From: a virus
Taxonomy: Duplodnaviria > Heunggongvirae > Uroviricota > Caudoviricetes
Strand: one strand, 5' to 3'
Length of the DNA stretch: 64,000 nt
Virus record (IMG/VR): IMGVR_UViG_3300027710_000009
Positions 45,562 through 55,211 of the stretch are shown here, in pieces. The position numbers and the translations under genes were made by a program. The number at the start of each line of letters is the position of its first letter. The stretch's first letter is position 1. The notes beneath the pieces were generated by a model, which did no database searches, was not told the DNA's origin, and saw nothing but the letters and a program-made list of their open reading frames with translations.

Positions 45562-45589
45562 TGACTTGTTTATGCAATTACTTATTTGG

Positions 45590-46081
45590 CTACTGCTTGT
45601 CGCCGAGTTTTTCTTTGGTACGACCATATGCGGCAATACCAAGCACAGCACCCATGGCAATATGATACAGGCCTGCGCCTTGCAGTGTCAGTGGTTGCCA
45701 CTGACTTGTGACTTGGCCACCTTGAACAGTTTGTAAAATGCTCCAAAGAATTGGAAAAACTACAAAGTCCATGAAACAAGTTGTCATGTACAACCAACCC
45801 ATTGCTGGACGCCACTTGTTGTTGATCCAGTCTGTGTTGGTATTGGCCACAGTGCTTTCAGCACCACCAGCCACTGCCGCGGCTGCACTGGCTGTGCGGT
45901 CTGGTGCGTATCCTTGTGGCGCGGCTTGAGGTTGCGGTGCTGATGTTGCTGCCACGGCCCCAAAGCTGGGTGTTACTGCACCAAATCCACTTGGTGATGT
46001 AGTAGGTGGTAGTCCACCTAAAAGTTTTTGATCTGCATCGCCTGTGTCACCTAGGTCTGCAATTTGTTTTCCGATTGGCAT
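45590..46081 (-). CDS. Holin-like membrane protein
   Basis: KWRPAMGW plus hydrophobic segments, GIAAYGRTKEK; located in the lysis cassette. Confidence 0.5.
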   Translation of the reverse strand: MPIGKQIADLGDTGDADQKLLGGLPPTTSPSGFGAVTPSFGAVAATSAPQPQAAPQGYAPDRTASAAAAVAGGAESTVANTNTDWINNKWRPAMGWLYMTTCFMDFVVFPILWSILQTVQGGQVTSQWQPLTLQGAGLYHIAMGAVLGIAAYGRTKEKLGDKQ

Positions 46082-46102
46082 TTGAATGCTCCTTTAATTT
46101 GA

Positions 46103-46666
46103 TTAGAACCAGAGGAATAAACCGTTGAGACTCAACAGTATTCCAAAACCTGCTACAGCAAAACTACCCCAGAACATGGCCATGCTAACTGCAAGGATAC
46201 TTGCTGATAACACAACAATAGCCAGCTGGTACGCGGTACTTGCATAACCAATCCATGGACTGGACTTTTTGGCTTCTTCTCTAGCGGCTTCCATCTCTCT
46301 TGCTTTGACAGCAATTTCTTTCTTGTCAGCATCCATGCGTTCTTTCTCGGCCATGAATTCTGCTTTGATTTTTGGATCAGCTGTTGTCTTGGCCGCAATC
46401 TCGTAGCTAACACCACGACCTGCTTTGGCTTGATATTGTGCCCAGGTGTTGTTGGCACCTAGAGTATTGTTTAATACTGTGCTGGATAGTTTGCCACCGT
46501 ACCATGCGTTGACTGCTAGTAACAAAGCAAAGATAGAAATAACCATACCTGCTTTGTCTTTTAATTTTGCTTCACGTTCTGAACGTGAACCCACTGGAGG
46601 CTTTGGTGCGTCCGGATCTTTTGGTTGTTTGTTTACTAAATTTAATACTGAATCAATTAATGCCAT
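46103..46666 (-). CDS. DUF4337-like membrane protein
   Basis: TM - WAQYQAK - coiled coil - two TMs. Confidence 0.6.
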   Translation of the reverse strand: MALIDSVLNLVNKQPKDPDAPKPPVGSRSEREAKLKDKAGMVISIFALLLAVNAWYGGKLSSTVLNNTLGANNTWAQYQAKAGRGVSYEIAAKTTADPKIKAEFMAEKERMDADKKEIAVKAREMEAAREEAKKSSPWIGYASTAYQLAIVVLSASILAVSMAMFWGSFAVAGFGILLSLNGLFLWF

Positions 46667-46676
46667 TGCTTACTCC

Positions 46677-46937
46677 TTACGCCCATGCGGCTTTTGCGTC
46701 TTCAAGAATTGCCGTGGTCACCCCATTGAGGTCGTCCTTGCGAAGAATTTCTTCTGGTGTTGCAGTTGCAGAAGTCATTTTCATCATTTCAGTAAGCATG
46801 TGAATCAATGCTTCTGTTGGCATTTCTTTGCTTTCGTACAAGCGCACAAGATTTTTAGTCTTGCTTGCTATGTCGCCGACCCATCCGCCTTGGCTGACAA
46901 ATGCGTCTAGGTTGTTTTTGTTAAGTTCTTGTATCAT
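46677..46937 (-). CDS. Hypothetical protein
   Basis: Co-oriented ORF. Confidence 0.55.
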   Translation of the reverse strand: MIQELNKNNLDAFVSQGGWVGDIASKTKNLVRLYESKEMPTEALIHMLTEMMKMTSATATPEEILRKDDLNGVTTAILEDAKAAWA

Positions 46938-46949
46938 TTTATTTTTACC

Positions 46950-47213
46950 TTATATGCTAGATAACATGCTGGCTGCATTGAGCACAGCAGTACATATTGT
47001 ATTTAACCTTTCTTTGGCAGCAAGGTCTGAGCATTTGCTGTTTATTAGATGTTCAACTTGTAAATCTGCTACCAGTTCTTGATATTCTTCATTGCTCAGT
47101 TCACCTGTTTGGAACTGTTGAGTGTATTCTGCCAGTTGTGCAGCCAGTTGCGCGGCAACAGGATCTTGTGTTTCTGTACTGTGAATACTGTCTAATATGT
47201 CTTGTGCTTTCAT
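46950..47213 (-). CDS. Hypothetical protein
   Basis: Co-oriented ORF. Confidence 0.55.
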   Translation of the reverse strand: MKAQDILDSIHSTETQDPVAAQLAAQLAEYTQQFQTGELSNEEYQELVADLQVEHLINSKCSDLAAKERLNTICTAVLNAASMLSSI

Positions 47214-47611
47214 CGCGGCTTGGCTCCTATTACCTTTTGTATATTTTCTGAACTGCGCTCAATTGCTGAAAACTTGGCTTTACAATAAGCCACGCTGGGC
47301 GGCTTGTCGCTTTGGTATTTTTTGTGGAACTCGTCGGTTATCTTGGTCAACGTGTCAGCCAGTTCAAAGCTGTCTTTGTTGCGTGGAATATGTTCAGCAT
47401 AGTTTTTGTACTCACTAGCAACAACATAGATATAACGCACCTCGTTTTTCACAGCATCGGTACCGCATAGATCTTTACCAATTTCAGCATGTGTGCGTAT
47501 ACGAGATATGTACTGATATTCATTGACATCAAATTTGGCCATGAAGTATGCATCCCACACAGCACAACCTGACAACAACAATGGCAACAATATCAACAAT
47601 AGACGTTTCAT
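47210..47611 (-). CDS. Lipoprotein
   Basis: Signal peptide with lipobox LSGC. Confidence 0.7.
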   Translation of the reverse strand: MKRLLLILLPLLLSGCAVWDAYFMAKFDVNEYQYISRIRTHAEIGKDLCGTDAVKNEVRYIYVVASEYKNYAEHIPRNKDSFELADTLTKITDEFHKKYQSDKPPSVAYCKAKFSAIERSSENIQKVIGAKPR

Positions 47612-47874
47612 TTTACGCTTTCATATATCTGTTTTTGTGTCCTGTGCCACTCAACCCAGGCTTCAACCTTGGCCGCGCATTCATGATGCTGAGTGTAGTT
47701 CTCTACCACAGTCTTATGCAAATCTACAATGCTAACAGTTTTGCCTTCGATCTTTTTCAGTGCTGGGCACTTTTCATTTAGAGAAGGAGGTATGTCTGGG
47801 AATTTCATAACCACTGGAACTGTGGTTGAACATCCTGTTAACAAAGTTACAAGTAAAATTGAATATAGTTTCAT
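47608..47874 (-). CDS. o-spanin (Rz1-like) lipoprotein
   Basis: Lipobox LTGC, Pro-rich FPDIPPSL...CP, two Cys; follows an i-spanin-like gene. Confidence 0.65.
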   Translation of the reverse strand: MKLYSILLVTLLTGCSTTVPVVMKFPDIPPSLNEKCPALKKIEGKTVSIVDLHKTVVENYTQHHECAAKVEAWVEWHRTQKQIYESVK

Positions 47875-48428
47875 TTTGGTTCAGCTGCCTTATTGAGTTC
47901 TTCAACAATTATCTCAGGAACAGGACAATTTTTAATTGAATCTTCTAGCTGTTTTTGCTTGGCCAAAAATACCTGGCGCTCTTGTTCGCTCATGTCTCTG
48001 GTGATTTCTGTTGTGTCACCTTTGACCACACGATCAATATACTCAATCTGCTTCTGTCCTTTTTCTTTGATAATTTTTACTTTTTCTACTATCTTGGTTT
48101 CAATCACAGTGTTGACCTGTTGACTCTTGGCTTCTGCGGCAGCAACTTTCTTTTCAAGTTCAGCCACACGCTCGCGCCAGGTCATTTCAATACCATGTCC
48201 GCCTAGCAAGAACGCACCCAGGCCATATGCCAAGATTCCAACAATCTGCGTAGGAAAACGGTAGCGATTGATCAGCGGAATAAAACTCACGAACCAGCTG
48301 GCTAGGATCAAGGCAATGCCTGCAAAAAAGCAGGCATAGAATATCCACATCAGCAGGCTGTCAGGCAACAAAGCCATGAACCAGCTTAGTGTGCCAAACA
48401 TGATCAGTGTCCAATCAGCACATGACAA
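47871..48428 (-). CDS. i-spanin (Rz-like) membrane protein
   Basis: N-terminal TMs, coiled coil, C-terminal CPVP; follows the endolysin. Confidence 0.55.
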   Translation of the reverse strand: MSCADWTLIMFGTLSWFMALLPDSLLMWIFYACFFAGIALILASWFVSFIPLINRYRFPTQIVGILAYGLGAFLLGGHGIEMTWRERVAELEKKVAAAEAKSQQVNTVIETKIVEKVKIIKEKGQKQIEYIDRVVKGDTTEITRDMSEQERQVFLAKQKQLEDSIKNCPVPEIIVEELNKAAEPK

Positions 48429-49033
48429 GCATGATTAATATGCTTGATACGATCTTCCAGCCCAATGTAGCCACCGTTGATCTTCTTGGTCAGTAATTTA
48501 ATATCCATTTTATCTGCTTGAACATTGAGATTGTTGCTTTCCCAGAACCAGCAAGCTGATTGCACAGCGCCTTCGTAGGTTTCTAAGAATTCAATTGTTT
48601 CTTCAAGTGAACATTCAATTGATTCAGCAAATGCCTGATAGTTTGACTTGCCAGTCAATTGAATCAAGCCACGACCACGATGCTTCCAGCCATCGCCGGA
48701 ACGTTCGTCACCGTTGCCCATACGGTTGGCGTAGATCTTGTTGGCAATTTTTTCTGGCTGACGAACATAACCCACTGTGCTTTCCTGTGTAGGAAAATAC
48801 TTCTTGAAAATGCCCATTAGGCCTTTGTCAGAATAGTTTAGGTTCTCACGTAGCGCACGATAGCCACCTGACTCATGTGCAGTCTGCCCCAGGAAGCATG
48901 CCACACGCTCTGCGGTGTCAATCTCATAGTCAGGTAAAATTTCTTGTAATGCCAGGAACCACTGATCCACGTGTGGTGCTCCTACTAGAATCTGTCTTAG
49001 CTTTGCTTCAGTAAAATCAAATTTGAAACTCAT
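48404..49033 (-). CDS. Glycoside hydrolase family 19 endolysin
   Basis: FLGQTAHESGG, ENLNYS, YANRMGNG, GRGLIQLTGKSNY, TKKINGG. Confidence 0.9.
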   Translation of the reverse strand: MSFKFDFTEAKLRQILVGAPHVDQWFLALQEILPDYEIDTAERVACFLGQTAHESGGYRALRENLNYSDKGLMGIFKKYFPTQESTVGYVRQPEKIANKIYANRMGNGDERSGDGWKHRGRGLIQLTGKSNYQAFAESIECSLEETIEFLETYEGAVQSACWFWESNNLNVQADKMDIKLLTKKINGGYIGLEDRIKHINHACHVLIGH

Positions 49034-49046
49034 TTCCGCTCCTTAA

Positions 49047-49577
49047 TTAAAGTATGCCGGCTGCAACTCGCAGGCTTTCGGTGTATTCATTCTTTGGTGC
49101 TTTGGTATCAACTTTCATACCAGATGCAGTTTTTAGGCTGTCAATTTCTTTCTTGCCATATCTAGCATCGTACTCAGTGGCCGATGCTGGAATCATTCGT
49201 CTTAGTGTTTCCTCGTCTAGGCTGTTGTCAGTTTGGTCATGACGATAGCGCACACGATAGTCAGTTAGTTCTTGTTCAGTGAGATTCATAAGGTCTGCCA
49301 TCATCTCCATAATATGAGAAACACAGTCTTGGTCTCGAGGCAGTTCAACAAACACAATGTAATCGCCGTCGTTCATTTCGCCAGAGCTAACGTCTGCGTC
49401 TAATATCCAGTCATAGCCTCTTTCTACAAAGGCACATATGTCCTGGCCTGGTGCTTTGCCAGCAACTTTGAAACTCAATACCACAACATCACGATTTTTT
49501 CCAAGTTTGCTTTCAAACTCGTCAATGTGTATTTCGTTATGAACCAGTCGCTTTAGGTCTCCGCGTTCGATACTCAT
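49047..49577 (-). CDS. Hypothetical protein
   Basis: 176-aa co-oriented ORF. Confidence 0.6.
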   Translation of the reverse strand: MSIERGDLKRLVHNEIHIDEFESKLGKNRDVVVLSFKVAGKAPGQDICAFVERGYDWILDADVSSGEMNDGDYIVFVELPRDQDCVSHIMEMMADLMNLTEQELTDYRVRYRHDQTDNSLDEETLRRMIPASATEYDARYGKKEIDSLKTASGMKVDTKAPKNEYTESLRVAAGIL

Positions 49578-50119
49578 ACTGCGGCTCCTGTTACACCACT
49601 GGGACCGCCTTGTGCGTCAGGAGTACGATTAACGTCATCATCTGCACCTGTTTCATACGCTTGGTCTACGTCTTCTAGATCCACTGTGTCATTTTCTAGT
49701 TCCAGGCTACCTTGATTGATATCTGAAATTAGTTTCTTGGGCATTACAATTTCCACTAACCAAATTGGCTTTTGATCCATCTTGGGATAATGTGTGCCTT
49801 CTTCGTAGTCATCAGGCCCTTTAACTTGTCTGGGGTTTTCCAAGTGATCTCGCTTGTAGCGAATCTCACAGTCGTATTCTGCCAGTCGCTCTGCGCCACG
49901 TGGGTCAGGCATGAGCTTGTAGGGCCACATGAAAATGCAAGTTACAAAATACTTTTCAATAGTGGGGCCTTCGACTAACTCGCCCTTTTTCCAGTTTTCA
50001 AAAGCATAGAGATCAAGCTCGTCTAGTACTCTCTCAAAATCCAGCAGGGTATTCAAGGCACTATCTGTCATGTAGATGTCCTTGGTATTTTCAATAATGT
50101 CTTTAAGTGATGCCGCCAT
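49574..50119 (-). CDS. Hypothetical protein
   Basis: 181-aa ORF; TAAATA at 50144-50139. Confidence 0.6.
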   Translation of the reverse strand: MAASLKDIIENTKDIYMTDSALNTLLDFERVLDELDLYAFENWKKGELVEGPTIEKYFVTCIFMWPYKLMPDPRGAERLAEYDCEIRYKRDHLENPRQVKGPDDYEEGTHYPKMDQKPIWLVEIVMPKKLISDINQGSLELENDTVDLEDVDQAYETGADDDVNRTPDAQGGPSGVTGAAV

Positions 50120-50145
50120 ATTATTTGTCCATTACCCTTATTTAG

Positions 50146-50943
50146 TTACTCTATAGCGTGATACGGAGTGAAACTGTTCATGAAATCAACCCAGGTGTTT
50201 TGTACAACTTCTAGTTCTTGGGTTGCATGTACTCCTATGAATTCATAGATTTCAGCAATAGCACGAGCATTAGCGGTCGCATGATTTCTTAGAGTCACGT
50301 CACCCAGCTCTGAGAAATTTACAATCAGTGCAGAATCTAAATTGGTTTCTGTGCTGGCCGCTAACGCCACCCTGTGATCACGTGCAAAATGTCGTATCAC
50401 ACACTGCACAGGAAACTGGTCCAGTATCATGGGATCAGTTAAAATAGCATCCCAGTCTGGCTCTACATTGATCAGTCCAAAAAATCTTTTGGCTTTCATT
50501 TTGTAAACTTCTATTAGATGCTGGTCTCTGCCTGCTTGTTTGGCCAAATTTGTTTCACGTACAAAATAATTAAAACCCAATTGATTGGCGTCTTCCGCAG
50601 TGGTGGCTATTTTTATAATTTTACAGTTTGGAAATAATCCAACAATGTCTTGAACTGGCAAAGATGTTACTACCACACGATTTTCTGGCTCAATTGGCAA
50701 TTCCCCAGTCCAGTTGTTTACAAACTCAATAAAGGATGTTTGTACATCTTGTTGTTTGTACAAGTATTCTAGGTCATGAAAGAATGTTTGACTTGACCGG
50801 GCAAATGGGTTTTGAACTTGAAGGTTTACACTGGTGTCGCTGTGATTAACAGTGTATTCTAGTAATGCGGCCAGATGCTCAGCTAGCGCACCTTGTGGCG
50901 CACTTATTACTATTGTAAACTTGTTGGTGTATTGACTCATCAT
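50146..50943 (-). CDS. Hypothetical protein
   Basis: 265-aa ORF; TAAATA at 50963-50958. Confidence 0.55.
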   Translation of the reverse strand: MMSQYTNKFTIVISAPQGALAEHLAALLEYTVNHSDTSVNLQVQNPFARSSQTFFHDLEYLYKQQDVQTSFIEFVNNWTGELPIEPENRVVVTSLPVQDIVGLFPNCKIIKIATTAEDANQLGFNYFVRETNLAKQAGRDQHLIEVYKMKAKRFFGLINVEPDWDAILTDPMILDQFPVQCVIRHFARDHRVALAASTETNLDSALIVNFSELGDVTLRNHATANARAIAEIYEFIGVHATQELEVVQNTWVDFMNSFTPYHAIE

Positions 50944-51158
50944 CTACCCTTTATAGCTATTTATGCTGGTGCCTAATAGCTGGGCATTGTTGAAAAAATC
51001 CTGGATAGCCTAATACTTATTGTTATTTGCAGAATCTAAACGTTACACATTACACCATAGACAGGTATCCGTAAATATTCATGTAGACTTGTTTGCCAAG
51101 TCTAGCCAAGGCAAACATGAAAAACATCTACATTACATCAACGACAGGGGAGTCAGAT

Positions 51159-51887
51159 TTGTCTAAACGGAAACAACGTCTTGCAGTACAACCAACTCAA
51201 GACAACACTATCAGCTTCAAAGAGTATTCACATCAGCGCAGAGAACCGGTTCTAATTCCTAAGAGCCGTAACCAGGAAATTTACATAGACCTATTAAAAG
51301 ACGAAAGCAAGATGATTGTTTTTGCCACAGGACCTGCGGGCACGGGTAAAACCATGCTGGCTGTTATTGCCGCAGTACGTGCTATGCGTAATGGCAGTAT
51401 CAGCAAAATTGTGGTCACTCGCCCAGCAGTGGGTGTGGATGATGAACAACATGGGTTTTTACCAGGGGACATCAATCAAAAGATGGAACCATGGACGAGA
51501 CCAATTTTTGATATCATGAAGGAGTACTATAGACCTCAGGAAATCACCCGTATGCTAGAAGACCAACAGATTGAGATTTCTCCACTGGCATACATGCGAG
51601 GACGGACATTTAAGAACGCATTTATCATCGCAGATGAAATGCAAAATGCCACACCCGGGCAAATGAAAATGCTGTTGACTCGTTTAGGTGAAGGTTCCAA
51701 GATGGTGGTAACAGGCGACACTCGTCAGGCCGACCGTGCAGATCCAGACAACGGACTACTGGATTTTAGACACTTGGTTGAACAGTACCAAAAAAGCCAG
51801 TACGTTGCTGGATGCGAATTAACAGGGCGAGACGTACATCGTCACCCTGCTGTGCTGGAGGTGCTAAAGATTTATAAAGAAGTTTAA
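51159..51887 (+). CDS. phoH: PhoH family ATPase
   Basis: GPAGTGKT, TRPAV, GFLPG, LAYMRGRTF, ADEMQN, TRLGEGSK; probable TTG start at 51159 after GGAG; TAAATA at 51072-51077 (+). Confidence 0.92.
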   Translation: MSKRKQRLAVQPTQDNTISFKEYSHQRREPVLIPKSRNQEIYIDLLKDESKMIVFATGPAGTGKTMLAVIAAVRAMRNGSISKIVVTRPAVGVDDEQHGFLPGDINQKMEPWTRPIFDIMKEYYRPQEITRMLEDQQIEISPLAYMRGRTFKNAFIIADEMQNATPGQMKMLLTRLGEGSKMVVTGDTRQADRADPDNGLLDFRHLVEQYQKSQYVAGCELTGRDVHRHPAVLEVLKIYKEV

Positions 51888-52471
51888 TCTTTGGCGGAGA
51901 CTATTTCAAAAATCTCCTTCCAATTCTTAACAATTGGATACGGGCATGTATGCTTCATATTATGCCCGTGTTCAATTAAGATGCTTCTAAGCCCGCGCTC
52001 GAAGCCCACATCGGCATTCTCTGGCTTATCTTCTATCCACCAGTGGCCGGTGCCTGCAAACTTGTCAAGTGCTTCATGTTTGTCACTGCCTGTCTCCAAA
52101 CAAACCACATCATCAAACACATCACCGTAGTATTTCTCTAGGTTCATGCGGCGTAGTTTTTGTGCATTTACGTCAGTTGAGAGGCTGGTAATGCAAATAA
52201 ACCTGTAGCCAAGTTCCTCGTTTAATCGCCGTACCCAGTACACGCTATCTCTTAGTGGCGGCAGGAATCCTATAGCAGCCGACTCGTTAAACAGCCGGGT
52301 AAACTTTTTGGCTTCTGTCCAAGTTAGATTGTCAAATTGGTCATGTATTGTGTAATAGTCTTTTGCATTGGGTCGTTGCACATAACCACGCTCTTGCATC
52401 CAGATACCAAACGCCCATTCCCAATCCAACAACACGCCATCGCAGTCTGTTAGTATCGTTCGATTATTCAT
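51884..52471 (-). CDS. HAD family 5'(3')-deoxyribonucleotidase-like
   Basis: TDCDGVLLD (DxDxxxxD), CITS, WWIEDKPEN. Confidence 0.8.
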   Translation of the reverse strand: MNNRTILTDCDGVLLDWEWAFGIWMQERGYVQRPNAKDYYTIHDQFDNLTWTEAKKFTRLFNESAAIGFLPPLRDSVYWVRRLNEELGYRFICITSLSTDVNAQKLRRMNLEKYYGDVFDDVVCLETGSDKHEALDKFAGTGHWWIEDKPENADVGFERGLRSILIEHGHNMKHTCPYPIVKNWKEIFEIVSAKD

Positions 52472-52490
52472 ATAATACCTTGAAATAAGT

Positions 52491-52510
52491 AAGGGGACCT
52501 AAGTCCCCTT
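52491..52510 (-). terminator. Hairpin downstream of dnaK
   Basis: AAGGGGAC-N4-GTCCCCTT perfect 8-bp stem. Confidence 0.6.
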
Positions 52511-52515
52511 GTTGT

Positions 52516-54450
52516 TTATTTAGACTCTTCGTCTTTTTTGACTTCCGTAAATTCAGCATCAACTACATTATCGTCTTTGCCTTCCTTCTTGGATTTAACT
52601 TCTTCAGCATCAGCCTTTTGTTTTTCCTCTTCGGCTTGACCGGCTAGGTTAAACAATGGCATGGCTTTTGGTACAAATGCCTGCAGAGCTTCATTGATCT
52701 TGTCTGGATCTGTTTCATCTGACAGCACTTTCTTGAAATCGTGCAAGGCAGTTTTAATTGCTTCGCGCTCTTCTTCAGATAGTTTGTCACCGTGCTCCTT
52801 GAGATTTTTCTCAACTCCCCACACTTGATGTTCAGCCGCATTTCGAGTCTCAACCAGTTCACGTTGCTTCTTGTCAGCTTCGGCATTAGCTTCTGCATCC
52901 GCAACCATCTGTGCAATTTCGGCTTCTGTCAGACCTGAATTGGCCTTGATAGTAATGTTGTTGCTCTTGCCTGTGACTTTGTCTTTGGCACTTACCTTGA
53001 GGATACCGTTTACGTCCACATCAAATGTAACTTCAATCTGCGGTGTGCCACGTGCGGCAGGTGGAATACCTTCTAAGTTGAACTCGCCCAACAGTTTGTT
53101 GTGCTGAGCCATTTCACGTTCACCTTGATGTACCTTGATAGTTACCGCAGGTTGATTGTCCTCGGCTGTGGAGAACACTTGTGTTTGCTTGGTAGGAATG
53201 GTTGTGTTCTTGGTAATAACCTTGGCCATAATTCCACCTTGCGTTTCGATACCCAGTGAGAGTGGTGTGACATCTAGGAGTAGAACATCCGTTTTGTCTC
53301 CAGCCAACACAGCACCCTGGATAGCCGCACCCGCGGCCACTGCTTCGTCTGGGTTCACGTCTTTGCGTGGTGCCTTGCCAAAGAAACTTTCCACGTAGCC
53401 TTGTACCATGGGCATGCGTGTTTGCCCACCAACAAGGATAATGTCGTCAATGTCGGCAGCAGTTAGGCCTGCGTCCTTGAGAGCAATGCGGCATGGTTCA
53501 ATTGAACGTTCTACCAAGTCTGTTACCAAGCCTTCCAGCTTGCTACGACTTAGTTTGATTGCCATGTGCTTGGGACCGCTTGCATCAGCTGTGATATAAG
53601 GCAAGTTGATTTCTGTTTGTGTGTTGCTAGACAGTTCAATCTTGGCCTTTTCTGCGCTGTCCTTTAGACGTTGCAGTGCCAGTGTGTCCTTGCTTAGATC
53701 AACACCTGATTCTTTTTGGAACTCTTCAACCAAGTAGTCCATGATGCGTTGGTCAAAGTCTTCACCGCCCAAGAATGTGTCACCATTGGTAGCAAGAACT
53801 TCAAACTGTTTGTCACCATCCACGTTGGCAATTTCAATGACCGATACGTCAAATGTGCCGCCACCTAGATCATAAACAATAATCTTGGCATCCTTCTTGG
53901 TGGCTTTGTCCATGCCATAAGCAAGAGCCGCCGCTGTTGGTTCATTGATGATACGCAACACTTCTAGGCCTGCAATTTTACCTGCGTCTTTGGTTGCTTG
54001 ACGTTGTGAGTCATTGAAGTAAGCAGGAACTGTGATAACTGCTTGGGTTACTTCTGTGCCAAGGTATGCCTCAGCAGTTTGTTTCATTTTACGCAATACC
54101 TCAGCTGAGATTTGCGGTGGTGCTAGTTCGCTGTTGTTGGCGCTGATCCAAGCATCGCCATTTTTAGCTTCAACAATTTTGAAAGGCATCATATCGATGT
54201 CTTTCTGCACAGCGTCTTCTTTGAACTTACGACCAATCAGACGCTTGGCGGCGTAGATGGTGTTCTTTGAATTGGTCACAGCCTGACGTTTTGCACTTGC
54301 ACCAACCAAGACTTCGTCATTGGCGTATGCTACAATACTAGGGGTAGTACGTGCGCCTTCGCTGTTTTCGATTACTTTTGGAACGTTGCCTTCCATTACG
54401 GCAACACACGAGTTTGTGGTACCCAGATCGATACCGATGATTTTGCCCAT
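52516..54450 (-). CDS. dnaK: Hsp70 chaperone DnaK
   Basis: [53 protein letters not shown]. Confidence 0.97.
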   Translation of the reverse strand: MGKIIGIDLGTTNSCVAVMEGNVPKVIENSEGARTTPSIVAYANDEVLVGASAKRQAVTNSKNTIYAAKRLIGRKFKEDAVQKDIDMMPFKIVEAKNGDAWISANNSELAPPQISAEVLRKMKQTAEAYLGTEVTQAVITVPAYFNDSQRQATKDAGKIAGLEVLRIINEPTAAALAYGMDKATKKDAKIIVYDLGGGTFDVSVIEIANVDGDKQFEVLATNGDTFLGGEDFDQRIMDYLVEEFQKESGVDLSKDTLALQRLKDSAEKAKIELSSNTQTEINLPYITADASGPKHMAIKLSRSKLEGLVTDLVERSIEPCRIALKDAGLTAADIDDIILVGGQTRMPMVQGYVESFFGKAPRKDVNPDEAVAAGAAIQGAVLAGDKTDVLLLDVTPLSLGIETQGGIMAKVITKNTTIPTKQTQVFSTAEDNQPAVTIKVHQGEREMAQHNKLLGEFNLEGIPPAARGTPQIEVTFDVDVNGILKVSAKDKVTGKSNNITIKANSGLTEAEIAQMVADAEANAEADKKQRELVETRNAAEHQVWGVEKNLKEHGDKLSEEEREAIKTALHDFKKVLSDETDPDKINEALQAFVPKAMPLFNLAGQAEEEKQKADAEEVKSKKEGKDDNVVDAEFTEVKKDEESK

Positions 54451-54474
54451 TTTTTATCTCCTTAAACAAATGGT

Positions 54475-54517
54475 TTTGTACGTGGACCGCAGTGGCATCC
54501 ACGTACAAATATTTATA
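54475..54517 (-). promoter_or_regulatory. TATAAATA late-type promoter immediately followed by a 12-bp inverted repeat in the dnaK leader
   Basis: TATAAATA 54517-54510; TTTGTACGTGGA-N11-TCCACGTACAAA 54509-54475; AAGGAG RBS downstream. Confidence 0.65.
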
Positions 54518-54541
54518 CCAAGTGTAACAGACAATCGCAGA

Positions 54542-54829
54542 TTATGCAATATCTTTTGGACCTCTTGACTTCTTTGAAGGATGTTCTTGTATCCAACGAA
54601 GTACCAGGGCTTCACTACCCCAACTGCCCTGCGGAGCCTGCATAAAAATCCAGCCGGTGATGTCCTTGAGTGCGGGCAAATTTTGTGCGTCAGCACGGCC
54701 CACAGCACCAAAAAGATCGTTGCTGAGTACAGCATGCAAGAATCCGCCCACAGGAATACCACGCTCAATATAGTCTGTCAGCGCAGTCTGCGTATGATCG
54801 GGAATATGGTAATCACTAAAATCAAGCAT
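54542..54829 (-). CDS. Hypothetical protein
   Basis: 95-aa co-oriented ORF. Confidence 0.6.
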   Translation of the reverse strand: MLDFSDYHIPDHTQTALTDYIERGIPVGGFLHAVLSNDLFGAVGRADAQNLPALKDITGWIFMQAPQGSWGSEALVLRWIQEHPSKKSRGPKDIA

Positions 54830-55211
54830 TGATAGCCTCTTTGTTAATGGTAAAACGATACATGGGTTCTACTTCACGCATGAAATTCTCGCCCACATCC
54901 ATGCTCACAAAGTTACAACCTTGCATGCCTTGTTCGCTAAAGCTGATGTCGTTCACAGCGGCACGAGTAAAACCCAGGCTACGCATGAGAGCACGAAACT
55001 CATCAAGCCAGATATTGTCTGTATAGATCAGTCCGTCGGCATCACAGTTCCAAGTCTTGGTGTCGAATCTTGCACACAGTTCGCCGAAGTCACCCTCGTC
55101 ATTGACATTGCGTAAAGATACCTCAAGGATGGTAACGGCTTTTTGCTCTTTGCTCCACAGGCCATTACCGCCGGTGTGAGTCTGCCAATTTACTTTTTTT
55201 TCAAATTCCAT
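54822..55211 (-). CDS. Hypothetical protein
   Basis: Co-oriented ORF, TAATG overlap. Confidence 0.55.
   Translation of the reverse strand: MEFEKKVNWQTHTGGNGLWSKEQKAVTILEVSLRNVNDEGDFGELCARFDTKTWNCDADGLIYTDNIWLDEFRALMRSLGFTRAAVNDISFSEQGMQGCNFVSMDVGENFMREVEPMYRFTINKEAINA

Noticed and set aside
54455-54517. CIRCE/HrcA operator upstream of dnaK
   Set aside because: The repeat does not match TTAGCACTC-N9-GAGTGCTAA; reported as an unknown element instead.
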